Below are positions 1 through 8,311 of a stretch of 33,357 bases of DNA, one piece after another. Location of the stretch: assembly GCA_038248345.1 (NCBI GenBank), contig JBBRXO010000018.1:1-33357 (forward strand). Reading direction: 5' to 3'. Numbering within the stretch: position 1 is the stretch's first letter; every line of letters starts with the position of its first letter. The notes beneath the pieces are model-generated. The model saw only the letters and a list, made by a program, of their open reading frames with translations. It did not search any database and had not been told where the DNA came from. The position numbers and the translations under genes are program-made. This stretch comes from Armatimonadota bacterium. GTDB taxonomy: Bacteria > Armatimonadota > Hebobacteria > CAIYQO01.

Positions 1-57
1 ACCGATCGTACCGATGTTCACGTGCGGCTTAGTGCGCTCAAATTTCTGCTTGCCCAT
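1..57 (-). CDS. tuf: Elongation factor Tu, 5' end only (runs off the window)
   Basis: Reverse complement reads MGKQKFERTKPHVNIGTIG, the canonical EF-Tu N-terminus. SD-like AAGGGAG upstream. Lies downstream of tRNA-Thr(GGT), as is typical. Not in the ORF track. Confidence 0.96.
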   Translation of the reverse strand, partial: MGKQKFERTKPHVNIGTIG

Positions 58-131
58 CGCTGGCTCCCTTACATAACATGATTAAGTTTGAAAGACGGCG
101 AAGGCATTACCTTCTCCGTACCCACTATTTA

Positions 132-207
<76 letters not shown>

Positions 208-248
208 GCTAACCGTCTCCTCTACAGGAGTCTCCTGTTTGTAAAGTA

Positions 249-334
249 TGGTGCCGGGGGAAGGATTTGAACCTCCGAAGGCGTACGCCGGCAGATTTAC
301 AGTCTGCTCCAATTGACCACTCTGGCACCCCGGC
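249..334 (-). tRNA. tRNA-Tyr(GTA)
   Basis: GCCGGGGTGCCAGAGTGGTCAATTGGA-GCAGA-CTGTAAA-TCTGC, long variable arm, GGTTCAAATCC T-arm, encoded CCA; 86 nt. Confidence 0.97.
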
Positions 335-386
335 ACACTTTACAAACAACTGACCGGAGGCAATCACCATCCGGTCAACGCTATAT

Positions 387-415
387 AATATACGTGTAGT
401 AGCACATCTTGTCAA
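387..415 (-). promoter_or_regulatory. Sigma70-type promoter for tRNA-Tyr/tRNA-Thr/tuf
   Basis: TTGACA (415-410), 17-bp spacer, TATATT (392-387). A leader hairpin TGACCGGA..TCCGGTCA follows at 351-377. Confidence 0.8.
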
Positions 416-562
416 TAGTAGCGAATAATCATATCAACTACACGACTCCACCGCGCCTACCGCCTCTCATATGCGTTATGCATTAGTATTATAGTGGTTA
501 GCGGGTAACTTTGCAAGTTACGATTTGATGAGGAGATCAACAACCGCGCAATTCCTCTGTTG

Positions 563-571
563 TGGTATAAT
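563..571 (+). promoter_or_regulatory. Extended -10 promoter (TGnTATAAT)
   Basis: TGGTATAAT 20 nt before ATG 592. The same motif recurs at 3272-3280, 3688-3696 and 4931-4939 (+), and as TGCTATAAT at 12689, 14923 and 19029 (-). Confidence 0.65.
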
Positions 572-591
572 TGATCATCGAGGATAGTGAT

Positions 592-879
592 ATGCAGTGG
601 GCTGAAATAAGAAAATATTTTCCGAACGAATGGCTGGTGATTGAGGCCTTGAGGGCACACACAACAGCTGATACCAGACGTCATCTTGATAAAATCACTG
701 TGGTAGACAGGTGTACGGATGGTATGGCGGCGTTCACAAGTTATCGGAATCTTCATAGTGAATTCCCGACGAGAGAATTCTTTTATGTCAACACCTACAG
801 AGAGGAACTGGAGATATACGAACGAAGATGGCTAGGGATACGGAGGGGACATTCGCATCATCAGACAATTACCATTTAA
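592..879 (+). CDS. Small conserved hypothetical protein (MQWAEIRKYFPNEWLVIEAL...)
   Basis: GAGGA SD before ATG 592, with its own promoter. Resembles small proteins I recall lying upstream of retropepsin-like aspartyl proteases (not verified). Confidence 0.7.
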   Translation: MQWAEIRKYFPNEWLVIEALRAHTTADTRRHLDKITVVDRCTDGMAAFTSYRNLHSEFPTREFFYVNTYREELEIYERRWLGIRRGHSHHQTITI

Positions 880-933
880 TCCCCGACCAGTCAATTCTTG
901 ATACGCAGGGTAACGCCCCAGGTCAGTTTTCCT

Positions 934-961
934 GAAACTTGGAACTAGGAACTAGGAACTA
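934..961 (+). repeat. Heptamer tandem array G(G/A)AACT(A/T) x4
   Basis: gaaactt ggaacta ggaacta ggaacta, directly before the recD2 ATG. Confidence 0.85.
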
Positions 962-967
962 TCCCCT

Positions 968-3253
968 ATGACCGTCCCCAGCAATGAGACAACCAGCCTA
1001 TTCCCCGGTGAAAGCGCGGGGGTGCCGCAGCAGCTCTGTATCGAGGGCACGCTGGAGAGCGTTACCTGGCGCAACGGTGAGAACGGCTTTACCATCGCCA
1101 AGCTCCTCACCGATTCGCGCATTGAAGTAACGGTAGTAGGCGAGTTGCTCAACCCCTCCGTGGGCGAGGCGATGCAACTGTGGGGGCGCTGGGAGACCCA
1201 CAACACCTACGGCCGCCAGTTCCGTTTCGTGCGCTACCAGGTACTGCGCCCCGCCACCACCCAGGCGATGGAGCGCTATCTGGGCAGCGGCATGATCAAA
1301 GGCGTGGGCGAAAAAACGGCGAAGACGCTGGTGCGTTTCTTTGGCGCCGACACGCTGGACATCATCGAGCATAACCCGGAGCGGCTGAAAGAAGTGCCGG
1401 GCATTGGTAAAAAAACCGTGAAGTCCATCATCACCGGCTGGGCGGAGCAACGCGAGGTGCGCGAGATTATGCTCTTCCTGCAGGGGCATGGCATCAGCGC
1501 CAACTACGCCATGAAAATCTACAAGCAGTATGGCGACAACTCCATCGACATCGTCACCGCCAACCCCTACCGGCTGGCGCGCGACATCTTCGGCATCGGC
1601 TTCAAAATGGCCGACCGCATCGCGCTGCAGATAGGCCTGGCGGCGGACACCCCGGAGCGCATCGAAGCGGGTGTAATCTACAGCCTGCAGCAATCGTCCG
1701 AGCAGGGGCACTGCTACATGCCGGAGCGCGAGCTGGCCAAGCTGGCGGCGGAAATTCTCACCCCGGCAGCACAACCGGATGTGGCCCCCATCATCGTCAC
1801 TGAGGAGGCGGCGCTGGAGTCGATTGAACGGCTGGTGCGCGCACAACTGGTGATCCGCGACACCGAAGACCGCGAGAGGTCGCCCATCTATCTGAAGAAG
1901 CTCTTCGTGATGGAACAGGCGCTGGCGCGGGGCTTGAAGGGGATGTTGAAAGATAGCGCCCAGGCGTGGGCACCGCCGGATACCGAGGAGTTCGTCACCA
2001 CCCTCTGCGCTGACCTGGGGGTGAACCTGGCGGATTTGCAACGCACTGCGGTACTGGACACGCTGCAACACCGCGTGCTGATCCTCACCGGCGGGCCGGG
2101 CACCGGCAAGACCACCACCACGCGCGCCATATTGGAGGCGCAGTTACGTTGCAAACGCAAGGTGCTGCTCGCCAGCCCCACCGGGCGCGCCGCCAAACGG
2201 CTGACGGAGGTCACCGGTGAGACTGCGCTGACCATCCACCGGCTGCTGGAGGTCGACCCCACCAGCTTCACCTTCAAACGCAATCAGGACCATACACTGG
2301 AGTGCGATACCGTCATCATTGATGAGGTCTCGATGGTTGACCTGCAACTGGCCTTCTCGCTGGTGCGCGCGCTGCCGAAGGACGCCCAGCTAATCCTGGT
2401 GGGCGATGCCGATCAGCTCCCCAGCGTGGGCGCGGGCAACGTACTGCGCGATCTCATCGACAGCGGGGAGGTGCCGGTAGTGCGGCTGACCGAGGTTTTC
2501 CGCCAGGCGGCAGAGAGCACCATCATCACCAACGCGCACCGGGTGAACCACGGGGAGATGCCCGAGCTGACCCCCACGCGCCAGTGGCAAAGTAGCGACT
2601 GCCTGTATATCTCGCAGGATGAATCGGAGGTGGCGGCGCACAAAATCGCCGATGTGGTAGCACGCAGCCTGCCGATGATGAACTACGCGCGTGAGGATAT
2701 CCAGGTGCTCACCCCGATGATCCGCGGGGTGCTGGGCACACAGAACCTCAATCAACTGCTGCAACACGCGCTCAACCCCAAGCAGATGGGGGTGCTGGAG
2801 TTCACCCGCGGGTTGATCACCTTCCGCTGCGGCGACCGCGTCATCCAGACAGTGAATGATTATAACAAAGACGTCTTCAACGGCGACATCGGCTATATCC
2901 GCAACATCAATCCGGCGGAGAAGGAATTCATCGTCGAATACCCGGAGAAAGAGGTAACTTACTCCTTCGACAACGCCGACGCCCTCGCGCTCGCCTACGC
3001 CCTCACCGTGCACAAATCGCAGGGCAGCGAGTACCCGGCGGTGGTGCTGGCCTTCCACACCCAGCATTATCTGCTGCTGCAGCGCAACCTGCTCTACACC
3101 GCCCTCACCCGCGCCAGGAAGTTGGCGGTAATCATCGGCAGCCGCCGCGCCCTGGGCATCGCCGTCAACAACGACAAAGTAGTAACCCGCAACACCCGCC
3201 TGAAAGAACGCCTGCAAGCGGTGGAGAACGTGCTGGCGGTGTGGGAGAGCTGA
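968..3253 (+). CDS. recD2: ATP-dependent RecD2-like SF1B DNA helicase
   Basis: N-terminal OB and HhH region (GMIKGVGEKTA, VPGIGKKT), Walker A GGPGTGKT, DEVSM, VGDADQLPSVGAG, LAYALTVHKSQGSEY, LLYTALTRA. Confidence 0.95.
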   Translation: MTVPSNETTSLFPGESAGVPQQLCIEGTLESVTWRNGENGFTIAKLLTDSRIEVTVVGELLNPSVGEAMQLWGRWETHNTYGRQFRFVRYQVLRPATTQAMERYLGSGMIKGVGEKTAKTLVRFFGADTLDIIEHNPERLKEVPGIGKKTVKSIITGWAEQREVREIMLFLQGHGISANYAMKIYKQYGDNSIDIVTANPYRLARDIFGIGFKMADRIALQIGLAADTPERIEAGVIYSLQQSSEQGHCYMPERELAKLAAEILTPAAQPDVAPIIVTEEAALESIERLVRAQLVIRDTEDRERSPIYLKKLFVMEQALARGLKGMLKDSAQAWAPPDTEEFVTTLCADLGVNLADLQRTAVLDTLQHRVLILTGGPGTGKTTTTRAILEAQLRCKRKVLLASPTGRAAKRLTEVTGETALTIHRLLEVDPTSFTFKRNQDHTLECDTVIIDEVSMVDLQLAFSLVRALPKDAQLILVGDADQLPSVGAGNVLRDLIDSGEVPVVRLTEVFRQAAESTIITNAHRVNHGEMPELTPTRQWQSSDCLYISQDESEVAAHKIADVVARSLPMMNYAREDIQVLTPMIRGVLGTQNLNQLLQHALNPKQMGVLEFTRGLITFRCGDRVIQTVNDYNKDVFNGDIGYIRNINPAEKEFIVEYPEKEVTYSFDNADALALAYALTVHKSQGSEYPAVVLAFHTQHYLLLQRNLLYTALTRARKLAVIIGSRRALGIAVNNDKVVTRNTRLKERLQAVENVLAVWES

Positions 3254-3331
3254 GGATTCAATTGGAATTCATGGTATAATATGTCTGTCTGATAAGCATG
3301 GATATGCACCTGTCAGACATGAGGTGCTGTT

Positions 3332-3571
3332 ATGGTTGCAATTACCAGCAAAATATTGGACGATGCGTTATCTCTTCCGGTCGAGGAGCGTGTGATTCTC
3401 GTCGAGGGGTTGCTGAATAGCTTGAATCTCCCTTTGCAGCCCGATATCGAATGCAAATGGCAGCAGGAGGCAGAACGTCGCCTAAGCCAGATCGAAAGCG
3501 GAGAGGTAGCGACGGTTCCTTTTGAAGATGTGATGGCCAAAATACGTGGGCAACATGGGGCAATTGCATAA
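3332..3571 (+). CDS. Putative addiction module antitoxin (TIGR02574 / Unstab_antitox-like)
   Basis: 79 aa; ALSLPVEERVILVEGLLNSL...WQQEAERRLSQIESGEV..VPFEDV matches the family pattern. GAGGTG SD and TGGTATAAT promoter. Confidence 0.85.
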   Translation: MVAITSKILDDALSLPVEERVILVEGLLNSLNLPLQPDIECKWQQEAERRLSQIESGEVATVPFEDVMAKIRGQHGAIA

Positions 3572-3617
3572 CCCAATTATTCCGCTGGGATTGAAAAATC
3601 CCGGCGAGAAATGTAGC

Positions 3618-3665
3618 GCTATTTGACCTCCTCTCGCTATAACATGTCCACTCATTGGACACATC
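3618..3665 (+). repeat. 48-bp direct repeat, copy 1 (resembles the Fic 3' end plus palindrome)
   Basis: 43/48 identical to 4789-4836. Encodes LFDLLSL-stop, then TGTCCA-N5-TGGACA. Confidence 0.9.
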
Positions 3666-3668
3666 ATT

Positions 3669-3707
3669 ATAACGTGTCCAAAATATGTGGTATAATGGAC
3701 ACGTTAT
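3669..3707 (+). promoter_or_regulatory. Fic promoter bracketed by a perfect 12-bp inverted repeat (putative operator)
   Basis: ATAACGTGTCCA-N15-TGGACACGTTAT enclosing TGGTATAAT. Confidence 0.7.
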
Positions 3708-3727
3708 TGTCGTGAAAGGTGCTTCTT

Positions 3728-4813
3728 ATGGCGTGTTGTGCAGCTCAACCATATAACGATTTACCATTATTGCCGCCGCTAGCGGATATCGATACGAAAG
3801 CAATCATGCGTAAGACGATCTCTGCCGGGCGCGAACTGGCGGAATTGAAAGGCGTTGGGGAGACCATCCAGGATCAGGCGATCCTCATCAATTCGCTGAT
3901 GCTTCAGGAAGCGCAGGCGAGTTCTGAGATTGAAAATATCCTCACCACAAACGATGCCTTGTATCGCGCTTTTACTGCCAGTACGACACTGGTAGACCCA
4001 GCGACCAAGGAAGTATTACGTTATCGGGAGGCGTTGTGGGCAGGCTTCGTATCGTTGCAGAAGCGTCCTGTTCTTACCACGGATTTATTTATCCGCATCG
4101 TACGGACGATCACAGATAGTTCTGCTGGGATTCGCCCCACCCCGGGCACGGTAATTGCTAACCAGGCCACCGGATTAGTTGTATATACCCCACCCACTGG
4201 CGAAGCACGTATACGGAGGCTGCTGAAGAATCTGGAACTGTTCATCCACGCAGATGATGGCCTTGATCCATTGGTGAAACTCGCACTCATCCACTATCAA
4301 TTCGAGGCGATTCACCCGTTCATTGATGGCAATGGGCGGACAGGTCGCATCCTCAACACGCTATACCTGGTAGTGGCAGGGTTGCTGAATCAACCGGTAT
4401 TATACCTGAGTAGATATATCATTGAGCATAAAAATGACTACTATCGCCTGTTACGGAAAGTTACCGTCGCACAGGAATGGGAGCCGTGGATTTGTTTCAT
4501 ACTGGATGCGGTCGAAGAAACATCCCTGTTAACTCGCCGACGAATTCTCGCCATCCGCAACCTGATGCTCGATACTATGCAACTGGCGAAGGAACGCTTG
4601 CCAGCCCATGTGTACTCAAAAGAATTACTTGAACTGCTCTTCCGCCAGCCATACGTGAAGGTGCAATACCTCGTCGATGCCGGCATCGCTGAACGTAAGA
4701 CCGCTGCAAACTATTTGCAGGAATTGGAAAAGATAGGCATATTGAAGAGTAGTAAGACCGGCAAAGAAGTATTGTACTTGAATGTCGAGCTTTTTGACCT
4801 CCTATCGCTATAA
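3728..4813 (+). CDS. Fic family AMPylase, SoFic-like (N-terminal Fic_N region, Fic core, probable C-terminal wHTH)
   Basis: Intact HPFIDGNGRTGR catalytic motif and class II inhibitory-like motif (SSEIEN). ATG 3728 chosen because of the GAAAGG SD; the ORF track starts at 3719. Confidence 0.92.
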   Translation: MACCAAQPYNDLPLLPPLADIDTKAIMRKTISAGRELAELKGVGETIQDQAILINSLMLQEAQASSEIENILTTNDALYRAFTASTTLVDPATKEVLRYREALWAGFVSLQKRPVLTTDLFIRIVRTITDSSAGIRPTPGTVIANQATGLVVYTPPTGEARIRRLLKNLELFIHADDGLDPLVKLALIHYQFEAIHPFIDGNGRTGRILNTLYLVVAGLLNQPVLYLSRYIIEHKNDYYRLLRKVTVAQEWEPWICFILDAVEETSLLTRRRILAIRNLMLDTMQLAKERLPAHVYSKELLELLFRQPYVKVQYLVDAGIAERKTAANYLQELEKIGILKSSKTGKEVLYLNVELFDLLSL

Positions 4814-4836
4814 CGTGTCCACTCAATGGACACGTC
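4789..4836 (+). repeat. 48-bp direct repeat, copy 2, overlapping the Fic stop codon
   Basis: Contains the perfect palindrome ACGTGTCCA-N5-TGGACACGT. Confidence 0.9.
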
Positions 4837-4988
4837 CTAGCAACATCCCCGCAATGACATTTTCTTAATCTCTTCATCATCAAACCATAATCAAAACTAT
4901 ACTTAACCTGACACAATGATGCACCAATACTGGTATAATCACATTGTAGGCGCACCGATGCGCTCGATCAGCGAATGGAGGACTTGCG

Positions 4989-6407
4989 ATGAATACTATC
5001 TGCAGGAAGTACGGTTTCGGAGTTGTAGAACTCGTCATTGTTATCACAGTGGTTGTGATACTGGCGATGGTACTATTGCAGTGAAGGATATCCTCTCTCA
5101 GTAACCGCCGCAATCATGGACAATCTCAATGCGTCAACAATATCAAGCATTTGACCACAGCATTGCAGATATATGTACAGGAAAACAAGGGGGAATACCC
5201 GAACGAAAAGTGGCTGCTGACCAAATCCAATATGGGCATTGATGCTGGTACTAATAACATGCTGATCTGTCCTGAGAGAAATATCACCGCGACTCAAGAC
5301 GATGACTCCCCCATCAGCTATGGCTACAATGGGTTGCTGATCAAGGCTGAAGGGTCAGGAATGAATGAATCCAATATTCTTGCCCCTACCATGGTCATGG
5401 CCTTTGCAGATGTCGATGGTGGGAAGACGGTAGCAAATCCTGGCATTATCAACGCTTCAGCGTGCCATAGCGACAATCTAGTGAGGATATTACCACACGC
5501 CTCAAAGGATGATCACGGAATTGTCTGTGGTTTCGTCGACGGCCATGCAAAATACTTCTTAAATACACCCAATCCGCAAAACACCAACACCCCGATCAAT
5601 CAGGGGTTAATTCAGGCGCAGGGGCTGGGTTATCTGACGTATTATGGTTCCGGCATCACCGCCAGCGCCAATGTCAGCGCCCCGGTTGCACCGGTTACCC
5701 TCGGCGGAGATTACAGCAGTATGCCGATATTGGCCGCGGCGGCGGAACTGGTGAATGTACGTGCTGATAAAGAGAGCGAGAACCGCATAAATATTAGCCC
5801 GTTCATCGGTGAGTACGATAGTATTGACGATGACGATGTCATCCGCAGCATCGGCTCCAACAATTCCGCCCAGGGGGCCATCGCCCACGATGCAGTGGTG
5901 ATTATCACCGCAAAAAATAGCAATATCCCTAATAATATAACTACCAATGAAGTGAAAAGCTACTGGGGAGACAAGCTGGATGCGCACACTTTCACTTACG
6001 ATAAAAAGAGCGGTACGCGGGCATTCTTCTACGGCAAAATCGGCATGCTGGCTAAGCAGCAAGACGCCGCCACCATCGCCAAAAATGACTACGATATGGT
6101 GCAACTGGTCGCAAGAGACCCCGATGGAATCGGCTACTGCAGCGCCGCCTTTGCCGACCCCAATATTGTAGATATCGTGGCTGTGGATGGCATCGGTTTC
6201 CCCAACCCGGATGCTAAAGCACGGCCTGATGACAAATACCTGTGGCCCGTTGATGCCCCCACCAGCGCCTACCCCTACATGCGCACCCTCTACGCCCAGC
6301 CGACGGAGACCCCGGGCGAAGGGGCGGCGGACTTCCTGGCAAAATTGCCCGCCTTGTTAAAGGCCGTGCAGAGTGGGCCGCTGTTCAAGCTGAGCTATTT
6401 TCGCTAA
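4989..6407 (+). pseudogene. Prepilin (DUF1559 / H-X9-DG-like) protein fused to a PstS-like binding domain, interrupted by in-frame TGA at 5082-5084
   Basis: ATG 4989 after GGAGG gives MNTICRKYG|FGVVELVIVITVVVILAMVLLQ*RISS...QCVNNIKHLTTALQIY, in frame with ORF 5151-6407. Contains SYGYN and GFVDGHAK; the C-terminal half has IAHDAVVII, SGTRAFF and VARDPDGIGY. Confidence 0.8.
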
Positions 6408-6491
6408 AGTTAAATGTTAGAGATGTTGTGTAGCAGTCAGGAGTATTGCATAGTAGATATGGGTAGTATATACTACAAGAGAGGCACAGAG

Positions 6492-6656
6492 ATGGCTACA
6501 TCATCATTCGATAAGATCATTGCGATCAAAGACGACAAGGCAGCTGATGTGCTAATTCAGGTGCTTAATACCAACTCGCCTCAAGCTGTCACTAGACCTT
6601 CTTCATATCAACTGGTAACAAAGAGTGATCTCGTCAAAAAATCAGTGAAGCGATAA
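6492..6656 (+). CDS. Small protein, putative antitoxin partner of the GNAT gene
   Basis: 54 aa MATSSFDKIIAIKDDKAAD..., with AGAGG SD, directly upstream of a GNAT toxin-like gene. Confidence 0.6.
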   Translation: MATSSFDKIIAIKDDKAADVLIQVLNTNSPQAVTRPSSYQLVTKSDLVKKSVKR

Positions 6657-6729
6657 GTAAGACTGCCAGCACGGGGAGGACATACAGATAAATAGCCACT
6701 CCCAAAATTTCCATAACTCTAATCCCCTG

Positions 6730-7289
6730 ATGATAGTTCAATTACGTGACCTTGCTGATGCGTATGATAATGATGAACTGCTCCAAGCCAAACTAATTAA
6801 GTTTACCTGCACCCGTAATCCAGATGTCGAATATTTCTTGCACCAAAAAGCGCTTATCTTTGAAAAGACGCATAAGAGTCGGACATACATTGCCGTAAAC
6901 GAGACATCACTCGCCAGCGAAGCGACGGAGCTGGATATCATTGGATATTTTGCGCTCTCCCTTAAACATCTAAACCTCGACGATACAATTTCCAAAACAA
7001 AGCAAAAAGAACTTCATGGCCTATTTGTGCCCTATGGGAACGTGGTCGTTGGCTACTTAATTGGCCAGTTGGCAAAGAATGATACTCATAAGGCTACTAT
7101 CGGCCCGCAATTGTTAAACGCCGCTTTAGGCATACTTCGCGACCGGTGCAGCGTGTCATAGGCGGACGCTTTGTTTTAATCGAATGCGCACAACATGAAA
7201 AGCTTTTGCATTTTTATCAACAGAATGGATTCAAGCTTCTGCAAATAGATACGGAAGACGATATGGCACAACTAGTCCATCGGTTATAA
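6730..7289 (+). pseudogene. GNAT acetyltransferase (toxin-like), frameshifted near 7138-7143
   Basis: First frame: FTCTRNPDVEYFL..IIGYFAL..YLIGQLAKN. It continues in another frame as PVQRVIGGRFVLIECAQHEKLLHFYQQNGF...HRL* (TAA 7287-7289). CTTCGCGACCG suggests a CG duplication. Confidence 0.82.
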
Positions 7290-7400
7290 ATATTAAGATG
7301 GATCTGATGCTAACGAGTATGAATCTTTTCAGTTCCCATCCAACGTTGAACGTTCCCCTCACCAATGTTACAATGGCGCTATACGGATAAGGATGGGTCT

Positions 7401-7601
7401 ATGGCACGTTTTTTCTTAACACTTGTCGGATTGTTGTTGCTGGCGTTGGGGATATGGGCGGTTATCGTCTTTGTCGCCTATGTGGTGACGTTTGTTATCG
7501 CCGCGCTGGCGCTGGCGGCGTTGCTGGCCGGCCTCCTCATTCTAATCCTCGCCTTTGGTGAAATTGCCGGGGCTAAAAATGCTAAAATAAAGAAGGACTG
7601 A
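7401..7601 (+). CDS. Small membrane protein (two hydrophobic segments)
   Basis: Highly hydrophobic with a basic C-terminus; AAGGA SD; 4 nt from the next gene. Confidence 0.7.
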   Translation: MARFFLTLVGLLLLALGIWAVIVFVAYVVTFVIAALALAALLAGLLILILAFGEIAGAKNAKIKKD

Positions 7602-7605
7602 GCAC

Positions 7606-8004
7606 ATGATTACTGGTATCGCGCATAGCTGTTACGTCGTAAAGGATCTGGTATCCTCCATCGACTTCTACCAAAAGCTGGGCCTGACCCCGGCATTTGA
7701 TTTCCTGCGGGACTCCGGCGAGCGCTTTGGTGTCTACTTGCATGCGGGCGGACGTAATTTCATCGAGCTTTTCATCGACGAGCCGACCGAGATCACCGGC
7801 AAGCCCAGCTATAGCCACCTCTGCCTGGAGGTTGACGACATCCACACCACCGTGGCCGACCTGCGTGCCAAAGGTATCGAAGTGAGCGACCCCATGATGG
7901 GCTGTGATAATAGCTGGCAAGCCTGGGTCGCCGACCCTGATGGCAATCGCATTGAATTGCACCACTACACCCCCGAAAGCTGGCAGACACCCTGGTTGCG
8001 CTAA
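7606..8004 (+). CDS. VOC / glyoxalase family protein
   Basis: GIAHSCYVVKDL..FY..LG, HLCLEVDDI, DPDGNRIEL. Confidence 0.92.
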   Translation: MITGIAHSCYVVKDLVSSIDFYQKLGLTPAFDFLRDSGERFGVYLHAGGRNFIELFIDEPTEITGKPSYSHLCLEVDDIHTTVADLRAKGIEVSDPMMGCDNSWQAWVADPDGNRIELHHYTPESWQTPWLR

Positions 8005-8023
8005 TTATCTGCCCTGCAAGCAA

Positions 8024-8231
8024 TCGTGGCATGGACGTCCCGCCCATGAGAACGGGGCTATGAATATTAATGTCGTATCTCCGGTAGGGGCACAAGGCTT
8101 GTGCCCACGTCGTAACCATACGATAATACACCACTAAACCCGTTATCTGGGCACATGCCATGTGCCCCTACATATTTATCGATATCTATTACCGCAGCCC
8201 CGTTATCATGGGCAAGACGCCCATGCCACGA
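8024..8231. repeat. Outer REPIN-like inverted repeat (family B), 36-bp arms
   Basis: 8024-8059 versus the reverse complement of 8196-8231: 32/36. Each arm is GTGG followed by a CATGGGCG-N3-CGCCCATG-type palindrome. Confidence 0.85.
8084..8171. repeat. Inner GTAG-type REPIN (family A)
   Basis: GTAG-GGGCACA-N5-TGTGCCC at 8084-8106 and an inverted copy at 8149-8171. Further copies at 25066 and 32048. Confidence 0.88.
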
Positions 8232-8249
8232 CCACACGAAGCAAGCATC

Positions 8250-8285
8250 AAACAAAACGGCCACGGGATATACTCCCGTGGCCGT
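8250..8285 (-). terminator. Intrinsic terminator of the TPR gene
   Basis: 12-bp stem ACGGCCACGGGA/TCCCGTGGCCGT, 5-nt loop, followed by TTTGTTT on the minus strand. Confidence 0.8.
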
Positions 8286-8311
8286 GCTGGTTTGTTTATA
8301 GGCAATTCCAA

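Noticed and set aside
998..3217. Long antisense ORFs 998-2071 and 2390-3217, and similar ones opposite ligA, csaB and the DUF5693-like gene
   Set aside because: Shadow frames of GC-rich genes with no recognisable motifs.
5082..5084. Alternative genetic code or selenocysteine
   Set aside because: TGA ends recD2 and tsaB normally, and the position is not a plausible catalytic Cys site.
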